This document shows positions 1 to 11,212 of a stretch of DNA of 64,000 nucleotides, piece by piece. Under the pieces are notes generated by a model. It was not told where the DNA came from. It saw only the letters and a list, made by a program, of their open reading frames with translations, and ran no database searches. The translations under genes and the position numbers were made by a program. Source of the stretch: Macrostomum hystrix (lineage: Eukaryota; Animalia; Platyhelminthes); contig CATNEN010000039.1 in assembly GCA_950097015.1 (NCBI GenBank), positions 17,546,001 through 17,610,000 on the forward strand, written 5' to 3'. Numbering within the stretch: the first letter of the stretch is position 1; every line of letters starts with the position of its first letter.

Positions 1-185
1 GCATTCAATCTCAACAAAACGCGTATTCTATTTAGACAAGCTGCGTTCAAATTCGTCAGTCTATATTTGGCTTACCGTTCCCGCATTCGCTTTAGTCAAA
101 CTCACATTCAATCTAGCCAGTGAAGCTTATTTTTGGACAACTCTTTACAACTCTTTTCACTAGATTTGGTTTCTCTACCAGCAGA

Positions 186-599
186 GAAGAAGAAGGTCGC
201 CACAGTTTTCCCTCCGGACATAATGCAGTAGCCGAAACCAGAGACCGAGTTGATTTGCGATCCGTCGGTGAAGCAGTGAATTTCACGGGGTTGGCCGTGG
301 TCACGTACTTCCTGGCGAGGCGGAATGCTGGTTTTGAATTTTTGCGGTGGGCACAGCGTCGATGGGATTCCGTCGGAGAGAATTTTGAGACCTCCTGCTG
401 CGTCCAGGTCCCGTAGGCTGAGGTCGCCATGGGGCTGGAGGTTCCGCTTGCTGAAGGCAAGTTGCTTCCGGATGGAGATGCCCGCGTCCAGAAGACGACG
501 AGCCGTCTTCATCGCCTCCCCCTTGATAAAAAGATCTAAAGGGGGAAGGTCCAGGAAGGCATTCATGCCAGCGAAGGGAGTGGAGGGTGCCGCACTCAT
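186..599 (-). mobile_element. Truncated non-LTR retrotransposon ORF2 fragment (connection + start of RNase H; R1/LOA-like)
   Basis: Translation STPFAGMNAFLDLPPLDLFIKGEAMKTARRL followed by the RNase H first-Asp motif IHCFTDGSQINSVSGFGYCI; similarity stops before the RNase H Glu. Confidence 0.75.
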
Positions 600-629
600 G
601 ATGGCTCGACAAGCACGGCCCTGTGCTCA

Positions 630-876
630 GCAGCCAGGAGTGCTCTTCTTGCAGCCAGGAGTGCTCTTCTTGCAGCCAGGAGTGCTCTTCTTGCAGCCAG
701 GAGTGCTCTTCTTGCAGCCAGGAGTGCTCTTCTTGCAGCCAGGAGTGCTCTTCTTGCAGCCAGGAGTGCTCTTCTTGCAGCCAGGAGTGCTCTTCTTGCA
801 GCCAGGAGTGCTCTTCTTGCAGCCAGGAGTGCTCTTCTTGCAGCCAGGAGTGCTCTTCTTGCAGCCAAGAGTGCTT
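630..876. repeat. Minisatellite, 21-bp unit CAGCCAGGAGTGCTCTTCTTG, ~11.5 near-perfect copies
   Basis: Directly visible; explains the repetitive ORFs in all frames. Confidence 0.97.
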
Positions 877-1737
877 ATCATCATCATCATCAGATGAGTG
901 CTCTGTCTCGAGGTGAGAGCTATGATTATTTCTAGACTGGAAAAGTAGCAGCATAAACTGAGACGTAAGAATTCAAATCTGCGTAGCATGAGATATCGTG
1001 GTGATAATGAAAGGCACTCCAAAATATATCTCAAGTGATGAGTTCGAGCTCTATTTAAAAGTTTGAGTACAGCATCAGTTTCTCATAAGAAATCTATATC
1101 TGTCTAAATGTTTGCCGATTTTTTCGAGCCCAGGAAGTTTGAGGCAAAGTTTGAGTCCACCAGATTTACCTGCCTGCTAAGTAGTAATTTTCTGTTTATA
1201 GACTTAGAACGAACTTAAATAAACGCCCAAATCCAGACATCAGATCCATCTATACAATTTCCAATGGACTGCTTAGAGTTTTGCACATGAAAGGAAAAAT
1301 AATAATCATTCCATCTTATATTCTGACACTGAACCATCACCGCTTCGTAAATATATTTATTTCAGTAGTATAGCAAATTAGCTAAGTAAAAAATAAGAAA
1401 CAACCTCGGAAAAACTTTAACAATCGCGCAAATGATCGAGTACGGAATAAAAATACACAACACGCTTGATTAAGGTTGAAGAAATTGCATAAATGAGAAT
1501 AGAAAATCAACATTGGCAGGCATGGGTAAATTGCTAATGTTCTGTCCTTAAAGGCTTCCAAACGACTGATACTAGAGTATAGGAAAAATGGAAGCTACTA
1601 TTTCCATTGAATATTCAGTTGTGCTGATAAAAGATTGCTAGGATTAAGCAAAAAATAAAGACCAAAAAGAAAGCCTTAAATTCCAGCAAGCATAGGCCCA
1701 AAGTTCAAATGAAGCATGCTCTCAGCATCCGAATACA

Positions 1738-2802
1738 TCATAGTGGAATAATTATGATGCGATTGCCCTCAAAAGTAACTGTGTATCCGTTGCCACTAGC
1801 GCTTGGCAGTTGAAAAACAACTCCAGTGGTAGGGAGCGTCAGAAGTGCGGCCTGCTCTGCATCATTTGCACCTTGAATAGCCGTTGCAGGCTCACCTGAA
1901 TAAGCACAAACAGCAGCGTCAGCAGATGTAGCTCCTGCAGAAGCAGCTCCAGCAGAGGCAGCGCCAGCAGAGGCAGCTTCAGAAGAACCGGCGGCACCAG
2001 AAGCAGCTCTAGCAGAGGCAGCGCCACCAGAGGCAGCGCCACCAGAAGCAGCCAAAGTGGCTTCCCCAGGCTCCATCTCATCGCCGCCTTCCTCCAGCAT
2101 CTCCTCGCTGTCCTCTTCCACAATCGCCTGCCACAGATGTAGCTGCTTACAGGCAATCTCCTTGCTGGCTTCCCGGGGCTGGGCCTGTTGATCTGGCTCC
2201 ATTATCCCAGCTTCTGCGAGAACACGCTCGAGAACTCCAAAGCTGACATCCAGACATATATTATCTACACAGGGTTCCACTGAAGCAGCCGAGATGCATG
2301 CTGGAGCAACCGAGTTCGAGGTGCTGATGGCAGTTGCAGTTGCCACCTCCAATGGTGAAGAAAAGGCAGCCGCTGCAGCTGCTGGAGGCTCGCTGTCCGC
2401 CCTCCTCCTCTCAAGTGTGCAGTCAATAACTTGGCTGAGGTGTGCCGAGGGGAGACTACTCGACTTCGGCTGCTGCTGCTTCTGTTGCTGACTTTTCTTC
2501 TTCACCTCAAGCTGCTCTCTTTGCAACTGCCTTTTAGCAGCCCGAATAATCCTCCACCTGTTGGCCTCCTGCTTCTTTTTATCGGAGCTCACGATGGTGT
2601 GGCCGCGGTGGTAGCTTGGAACTCTGCCGCTTGCAATTCTCTCCACGTTGCTGCACTCGTCGCATGCTAGCCAGCAGGAAACGCGGCACAGAGGATTCTC
2701 ATGGTGTCGAGGTGGAATGCCTCCGAGCTGGCAGACTTCGCAAGTCAAACAAATTTCAAAAAGCTCATTGTCTCAGCTTGAAAATATCTTTTTTGTTGTC
2801 AT
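1738..2802 (-). CDS. Uncharacterised protein or pseudogene: Cys/His-rich N-terminus, basic coiled segment, Ala/Ser-rich low-complexity tail
   Basis: Open frame of 336 codons (CEVC..HH..C..C..CDEC..H..H); the in-frame ATG at 2802 is separated from it by one TGA at 2775-2773. Confidence 0.45.
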
Positions 2803-4124
2803 GATAGCGAGTTAAAATGAAAATGCGGAACTATTCTTAGTTGTCTTAAGCAAGAAACGGATTGTGTGGATAGAATGTATGCAAAAATTTTTATTTCGCC
2901 TCCTTAATATACTTGTTTAAAACTCCCCGCGGCCGCCATTTATGGCTACTTATATGAATTTTTGTTGTGCAGCATACCTATTGCGAGCCAACTTAACAAC
3001 AACAACAGTGCCTGCGCACCAGTGCGCCAGCACAGCTATCAACCCCACAACAATCCAGAGCCCTACTCGATCTCGAACCCCAAATTATCAGACTGGCCTC
3101 AATAAAGCGATTGGGAGGGTCACCTTCCAATTAACCAGGGCAGGCGGACCAATTGCAAACAGGTAAACAGGTAGGCACTAGGGAGGCCTACCTGTGATGG
3201 AGCTTAGACTAGATCTGTAGGTAAGTAGGATTAGACACCAAACCCCACGATATAATAATGTCTTGCATCAAATTTTTGAGAGACGATTGCTCAGATTATA
3301 CGTAAGGTGACCGTGTGAGCACGAAAGTCGAACAATCACTGACCTCAATTATCCGTCCCGAATATACCCACATTTTCAGTGGTTGTAATATAATATATCA
3401 TTTACTACCATATTTTGTTTTCTCCATCCCTCAACACCATAATAGAAAAAAATGTATCGTGCCGATGGTAGTAAACAAGTAAACCTAGCACCCAACTGGC
3501 CCGTTAGTTTCCAAAACAAGCCATAGATCAAAGCTTATCCGCCGCTCCAGCATAAGCATAAAGTTACTTGAGCTGTGTTTATAAACAACTTTTATCATTA
3601 CACTTTAATGCGCTTATTTTAATTTTTTTGTACAATATTTTAGTTGCTATCTACAGATTTTATTAGCTTTCTTGTTTTTATAGATAACCTCCTTTTCAGA
3701 AGCTGTGCGGCGAACTCGACGCGGAGTGGGGTGCTCTCAAGTGGACAAAGAGATTGGCCAGCCTCTCCTCCAATCTCTGCTGTGCTAGCTGTACCCAGTG
3801 CAAAGAGATACGAGCGTAGGCTGCAAAGGCAGAGTTATTAATTGTGGGCTTTGCCCCCCACACCCCCATACAAAGGCTGAATGCTCATTGCCCTAGCCTT
3901 TAACACTCTTGTACTGAAGAATTACTCACTGCATTTTTTACGCAATTTCTTTCCCGAGCCTCCCAACTCTGCAGTGTTAGCCTTCCCTAGCGCAAACAGA
4001 TAGGCGCAGCAATCTCAAACATTCCTTTACGCCTCCTATCTAGTTTTTATCACTCAATCACTTCCTTTCTATCCCTCCCCATAGATAATTTTTTCAATCT
4101 ATGTTTTCTGCGTCCCTTATCTCC

Positions 4125-4557
4125 AACTCTAACCCAACACCTCCCGGCCTCTCCTATCCCAGCTGTGTTAACCCCTCCCCAATGCAAAGAGATAGCCGGC
4201 CTCTCCTCCTATCCCAGCTGTGTTAACCCCTCCCCAATGCAAAGAGATAGGCCGGCCTCTCCTCCTATCCCAGCTGTGTTAACCCCTCCCCAATGCAAAG
4301 AGATAGGCCGGCCTCTCCTCCTATCCCAGCTGTGTTAACCCCTCCCCAATGCAAAGAGATAGGCCGGCCTCTCCTCCTATCCCAGCTGTGTTAACCCCTC
4401 CCCAATGCAAAGATATAGCCGGCCTCTCCTCCTATCCCAGCTGTGTTAACCCCTCCCCAATGCAAAGAGATAGCCGGCCTCTCCTCCTATTCCAGCTGTG
4501 TTAACCCCTCCCCAATGCAAAGAGATAGGAGAGGCCGGGAGGTGTTGGGTTAGAGTT
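4125..4557. repeat. 55-56-bp tandem array (~7 copies) enclosed by a perfect 34-bp inverted repeat
   Basis: Unit GCCGGCCTCTCCTCCTATCCCAGCTGTGTTAACCCCTCCCCAATGCAAAGAGATA(G); IR arms at 4125-4158 and 4524-4557. Confidence 0.9.
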
Positions 4558-4661
4558 AGAGTTGGGTTAGAGTTAGAGTAGGCAACCCCTCCCCCATTCA
4601 AATGCATTAGGCCGCCCTCCTATCTCCCCAGTGTCGGCAGGGTTCTGCTAACCCATACTAC

Positions 4662-4986
4662 TCTGTTAGACACCCAATACTGTTAGACACCCAATACTGT
4701 TAGACACCCAATACTGTTAGACACTCAATACTGTTAGACACCCAATACTGTTAGACACCCAATACTGTTAGACACCCAATACTGTTAGACACCCAATACT
4801 GTTAGACACCCAATACTGTTAGACACCCAATACTGTTAGACACCCAATACTGTTAGACACCCAATACTGTTAGACACCCAATACTGTTAGACACCCAATA
4901 CTGTTAGACACCCAATACTGTTAGACACCAAATACTGTTAGACACCCAATACTGTTAGGCACCCAAGACTGTTAGACACCCAAGAC
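4662..4986. repeat. Minisatellite, 17-bp unit CTGTTAGACACCCAATA, ~19 copies
   Basis: Directly visible. Confidence 0.97.
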
Positions 4987-6006
4987 AAGAAATCTTATCT
5001 AAGACGGTGTCACATGTCTCTCAAGTCTCATCAATATATTTTTCCACTCTCATGCCTCTCTCATTTCTCCCCTTTACTTTTATGTCCGTCTCACCTCTCC
5101 CCTGTGTCTTCTAAGCGTGTCTCAATGTCTTGTTGCCAAGGCCTCAATGTCTAATCTTTTTCTTTGTGCCTCTTCAGTCTTGTCAGGCGTTGCTTCCGCA
5201 GCATCGTCTTTGCAAAGTGGTGGTAAGAACAGTGTATAGACAATCCCATGAGCATAACTCATTGTGAGGCCCCACCCAGACACTTCAAAATCCTGTCCCT
5301 CCGCTCTCTATTACTATTCGGGTTGATTGGAACTTAAAAGTGCTTTTTCAATCACGATTCGGAATGTGCGATTCAGGATCTGTGATTTGGGATCTGAGGT
5401 CTGTCGAATGAGATATAGGATCTCGGATGTAGGATCAGCGTATCCCATATTGGATGTATTTTCTGGGATATGGGATCTGTGGCATAGGATGCGGGATCTG
5501 AGGTGCGGAGGAATCTGAGAAAGAACGATTTGGTGTGATTGAAGAAAAGTCACTAGCTTTCGTTAACCTGGCTCTGTCTAAAAAGCCTGTCAAATATGGG
5601 CCCATGGGAAACATACATTCGATGCTTGTAAAGTGCAATGCTTCTTTGTTAGAGAGAAACTCCAATAATATAGAAATATTTCTAATAGTACAACACAAAA
5701 GTTAATCTCAGAATAGTCATGCATGAAAAAAGCAAAGTAGAGCTGAAATTTGCCATAGACAAAAGGCGGGCACCCTGTGTCAGCCAGCGCTGCCATAGAC
5801 CGAGCCGGCTCGGACCTGTACTTTCTGCAGCATATTGAAGGGGCAGCGGCCCGAAACGAAGAATCAAATCCAACAACTGACAACACTCGACTAAGCATTC
5901 TGGCCGATTCTACTCAGCCGTTGCAAACCTGATCAGCAACTCAACTGCCACCTGCCAGCTAATCGACCAAATCTAACTGGGCTATTCGGAATCGAAGCTG
6001 GCAATC

Positions 6007-6758
6007 ATGACGACTATGAAGCTGGTTATTGTTGGCGTGTTTCTTGCACTTGGAGGCATTCAGCTGGCTGATTGTATTAAATGTATCTCGTCGTGGAATC
6101 GTGACGTAACATTTGATGAATATAAGAATGCCGGCCATTCTACTATAGATTGTACTAGAGCTCCTGCCAACGTCACCAAGTGTTACGTGGAATATCAACC
6201 TAATGAAAAAAGGAACCAAGTGGTGAGCGACCGAATGAATTAAACTAATTTAATTAGCATATTAATTCGAAATCATAAAGCAACAGTTTTCCCAATAAAT
6301 TTTGCCCTATGCGGAAACTTTTTTAGTTTCTGAAATATGGTTGCGGCGCCTGTACCTCTACAAAATATTGCAAAGACTGCACGGGTGATAACTGCAATAA
6401 AGCGAGTGTGTTTAACTTGACCAATGATCTAGAACGTGATCTGGTACCATGCATTTTCTACATGGAAGTGTTTAGGGATGTGCCTGGTCAACGCGTAAGA
6501 GTGGATGGTCCATATGAAATGTTTTGCCCTCCATCAGAAAGGTGCTTTAAAACGGTTGCTACAAATTCTCTACCCGAATGGCATATTAAAACCCTCATCG
6601 CCTGTGAAAAGGCGGTTAAAGGCACTCACAGAAATTGGCCTAATAGCCATCTTTTAGAGGGCGACAGCTACGAATGTACACCAAACCCAGAAAAATCTGC
6701 TTGTATCCCAGTTATAGAGCCTTTCTCCTTCTGGGATATATTCAGAATTATTGGATAA
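6007..6758 (+). CDS. Secreted Cys-rich Ly6/uPAR (three-finger)-like protein; exons 6007-6222 and 6327-6758
   Basis: Signal peptide MKLVIVGVFLALGGIQLADC; phase-0 GTGAGC..TTTTAG intron joins the two ORFs in frame; joined sequence has IKC..C..KCY..YGCGAC..CKDCTGDNCN (C-terminal CN motif of three-finger domains), then a second Cys-rich module. Confidence 0.7.
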
Positions 6759-7304
6759 CCGCTACGAATGTAGACCAAACGCGGAAAAATCAGATTGTAT
6801 CCCAGTTATTAGTGATTAGTCTCATCTAAGCTGATTCTGCGACCATTCTGCAAAGTCTCTCTTATTGCGCTTACCGTTTTTTTTTCTATGTCAGCTTATT
6901 TCACTTGTCTCGCTAGAAAATTAATGAGGTCTTAAAAAGCTCGCTGCTTATTTAATGTTTAACTTAACAGACTCCTTCAGCTTTGCTACACTCTAATATT
7001 TCTAACACTAACAGATTATTCAAAAGTAGTGGCACAAAGCCAGACACAACAGCTAATCGATGATTTTTTTACGCAAACCATCCCGTATTAATTTTGCAGC
7101 GCAACTAATGTTTTATGCATGCGTTTTAACTTCAATAGAGCTATTTTTTAGTTGCACAGAGTATAACAATAAAATAGAATGAAAAATCATTTTTGGTTTT
7201 AGTAAATTTCACTAGCAAGTTTTGCCCCTATTCAGGGAGCAGAAAAGTTTTTAATTCGTCTAGTACATACTTTTTAGCAGCTGTATTTTCAGTTTTTTAA
7301 GCTA

Positions 7305-8158
7305 TAATGATGCCCCAGTTGACAATGATCCCCCAGTTGACGACGATCACCCAGTTGATGATGATCACCCAGTTTACAATGATCCCCGGTTGACAATGAT
7401 CCCCCAGTTGATGATGATTTAACCCAGTTGATGATGATCACCCAGTTGAGAATGATCCCCCAGTTGATAATGATCCCCCATTTGATGATGATCCCCAGTT
7501 GACCATGAACACCCATTTGATGATCACTCCAGATTGATGATGATCACCCAGCTGACAATGATCCTCCAGTTGCCAATGATCCCCCATTTGATGATGATCC
7601 CCAGTTGACCATGATCACCCATTTGATGATGACTCCCAATTGATGATGATCACCCAGCTGACAATGATCCCCCAGTTGACAATGATCCCCCAGTTGATAA
7701 TGATCCCCCAGTTGACAACGATCCCCAGTTGACAATGATCACCCAGCTGACAATGATCCCCCAGTTGACAATGATCACCCAGCTGACAATTATCACCCAG
7801 TGGACAATGATTCCCCAGTTGACATTGATCCCCCAGTTGACAATGATCCCCCAGTTGACAATGATCCCCCAGTTGACAATGATCACCCAGCTGACAATTA
7901 TCATCCAGTGGACAATGATTCCCCAGTTGACATTGATCCCCCAGTTGACAATGATCCCCCAGCTGACAATGATCATCCAGTTGACAATGTTCCCTCAGTT
8001 TACAATGATCCCCCAGCTGACAATGATCATCCAGTTGACAATGTTCCCTCAGTTTACAATGATCCCCCAGCTGACATGATCCCCCATTTGATGATGATCC
8101 CCCAGTTGACCATGATCACCCAGTCGACAATGATCGCCCAGCTGACAATGATCACCAG
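7305..8158. repeat. Degenerate minisatellite, 18-bp unit CCCCCAGTTGACAATGAT
   Basis: Directly visible; produces spurious repetitive ORFs. Confidence 0.95.
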
Positions 8159-10079
8159 ATTAAATAGGAATTGCTATAGAGGTTTTATGCTATGTTTGAC
8201 CCACTGCCAAAAGAAAACGAGAGCATATATTAGTGTGCCACAATCGTCAGATGGTACATGCATTATCGCTCTGTCGCCTGGCGCAAGTGGCACCGATCCA
8301 GCTTATCTATAGACATAGCGGCAGCCTTTGAAAGTCACCCCATACAGGCCTATCTCGACAATGAGGAGATTTTGACGCTTTCCAGCGATGCGAGTTCGAC
8401 CACTTCTCTAGCTCCTACTGCGACTAGAATATATCTCCAGACTAAATTTAAATTGTAAATTTAAATCAGTAAATCACTGAATGTGCACACAAATTTTATT
8501 TCCTAGCTCTCACTGATCAGTAAAACAGTAAGTATATGTATTGTAAATATGTTATATCTCAAAACTAAACATTCGATTATACAAACCGAACATTTAACTT
8601 GCTGCACTACTAACGTTTAAATACGAGTAGTATTTCAAGCATGTTAGGTTCTGTACAGTAGATCAAAAAAGGACCTTTGCGGACTGGAATCGGACTGTTG
8701 GAATTACACAATTTTTCAATTTTTAAATGCATAAGTAGCTGAAAAAAGCCTCTTAAGGCGTTTTTAGCAGCTAACTCAGCTAGTTTTTTATGCAACATCG
8801 TCCTCCTCGTCGCCCTATTGAGGACTCAAAACGTGTGACGTATTTGAGTAAGTCAGTAAGTCCAGCGCGGCGGCAGTTCAGAGTTCAATTCCAATTTCCG
8901 TGGCGTAGCGGTAGCACTTTTATTCTGGGTTATTCACTGGGACACACGACAAGCAATGTGGTTAAAGTAAAGGTGCAGGAGCTCAACGATTGCGGCGAAA
9001 ACGAAGACAGCGGAGGATAGCAGAGTGGCAGTACAGAAGTGGTGGTGGATAACAGTAATAGCACGCGAACAGTGATAGTGACGACAGAAAAGTCAGAAAA
9101 GTGTCAGAGCTGGGCCAGGGGACAATGAACAAGGCGAGGTGCGGGACGGCGCGGCACGGGGGCGCGGAAAGGAACGGCGTGGTGGAGCGCGAGCAGGCCT
9201 AAAGCCCTTAGTTAAATAACCTAACAACCTGCAGAACAGGGCGATCGATAAATCTAGAATCTGGCCCCAGCCAATGAGCGTGCAAGCTCACTGGTCTGGG
9301 TCGATGACATTGAGACACTAGCAAAAAACAAGTTGGGGCAGCGCGTTGTACTTTGGCGTTTACATACAGTAGCAATGTAGGAATCATACGAAATTGCAAC
9401 AATAATTGAAAACGTAATTATATTAGTCAAACGGCCCAAATTAGTACCTTATAACATTAAACTTCATTGGAGCGCTTGCAACAAGTGACAACGTCACAAA
9501 CGGACCGCGGACGCGTCGGCCTTTTGCGGACTAAAATCGGACTGTACGAAGTACACATTTTTTCATCTTTTAAATGCATTTATAACTGAAATCAAGACCT
9601 CTTAAGACGTTTTCAGCAGCTAACTCGATTTTTTTAGCTGAGCTGACGAAGGGTAAGATCAGACCTTAGGGCTCGAAAAGACGTCCGGCGGACGATGTTT
9701 TTAACACCGGGTTAGATAGGCTCCTGAATCTTCCACCTTGGACCACTGTAGTATAACTGTAGCTGTGTAGCTGTCTCCTTGTCTTTCATATTAATGTGGA
9801 ATTAATAAGGCCCGCAAATTAAAATTGCATAATTAAATACTCCATGATTATATTTTAATGAGACTTTGATTTCATTTTCGTTGAACTTTTACCTGTAAGA
9901 CTTATATTTCCAGATTCTTGAAGCCACTAGTATCGATTGTGCATTGATAATTAATAATTAAGTTAAATTGGACGAAAAAACAATTTACCATGGCGTGTCA
10001 AGGGTTAAATAGATTAACGTGCTTTAATTAAATTCAGCGCTTAGATTGATGCAGCCATACACTTAATTCTCACGTTGCC

Positions 10080-10250
10080 TTGGTAGTTGGCACTAAATGG
10101 CGCGAATTGCAAGACAGTTACCCCCCAAAGCCTCCTCCTTGCGGCTGCGACACAAATTAATTGTGTGCCGACCTCACCGTGGAATATCGAGCTCAGGGAT
10201 CCTTGTGCGAGAGGTATGCTAAACGCTCCGTTACTCTCCGCGGCTGCTCC
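10080..10250 (-). mobile_element. Degenerate copy of tRNA-derived SINE family B (5' part)
   Basis: Matches GTGGCCTCG..GGAATCGAGCTCAG..TGCGAGAGG of the 21927-22272 copy. Confidence 0.6.
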
Positions 10251-11212
10251 CCAAAAAATTTTGAGATCATTTGAGATTGAGATCCAAGCCACATTAATTG
10301 CTACTATTTTTGTTTCACTTTTTTATTGATTAAAATAGAACCTTTGGTTGCGTCGGACATAGCTGCGACTGTACGCCTAATTTCTATGCATGCTATTCAC
10401 TTGCAAAAAGCGAGAGTATAATAAAACTCCAATGAATCACCAAACCGAAAATTATAGTCGATTAAAAAAAATAACAGTAAATGTTTAAAGTCTCGAAATT
10501 CGATCTAAGCATTCAAATACGAAACTAAGCGATAAAAGTGAAAAAAAACTTGTCACTAAAGCTAAGACGAAACTTATAGAAAGCAACTTGCATCAGCACT
10601 AATAACTGGTAAATGTGTAAAAAGGAGCTAAAAGCACTTTTGTGCTTTCAAAGTGCAGATCAACTAAGGATGAGATAAAAAACAATAAGATGGCAACGAC
10701 TCAACGAAGAAGAGAACTAGCTGCTGGTAAGTGGTTGCTGACTGCGCTCAGCATAGAGAAACTATATTTTAACTGACAGAAAAACACTTTAACTTAGTGA
10801 TCAACAGCAAAAACGACCTAAACTCAAAAAAAAATATTACACAAGCCTTATGAGAAGGTAAAGGTATTTTTAAACAAATGTAGCTTCTTTACTCTAAAAT
10901 GTGGTGGTGGAGAAAAATGAAAGCTCATATACGAAAGGTTCATTTGCACATGCACTGCAAAAGCACAATAGCAAGTAGCATGCATGAGCAAACGGTCAGA
11001 AGTCGAGAGTTCTAGGCCACTAGAAGCTCCTGAAAAATTAAACATACCCAAACGAGGTATGTATTTAAAAATTCCTTGGATAACTGTTGTTACAATTTCC
11101 ACTGTCGCGATATAAAAATTAGCTCGGAAGAATCGTGTGCAAATGGTTAAAATGTCCGAAAAAGAAGTCTTTATGAGCCCCTTTCTTCTTATATCGCCAT
11201 TCTGTGCAGACT

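Noticed and set aside
301-1034. Repetitive ORFs (HSWLQEE, QPGVLFL, AARRALL, STPGCKK)
   Set aside because: All frames are open only because the 21-bp unit lacks stops; no coding evidence.
5350-5520. ~7-bp periodic GGATCT-rich tract with short ORFs
   Set aside because: Low-complexity sequence; no protein or RNA family recognisable.
7289-8312. ORFs PQLTMI / PPVDND / STGGSL
   Set aside because: Translations of the 18-bp minisatellite.
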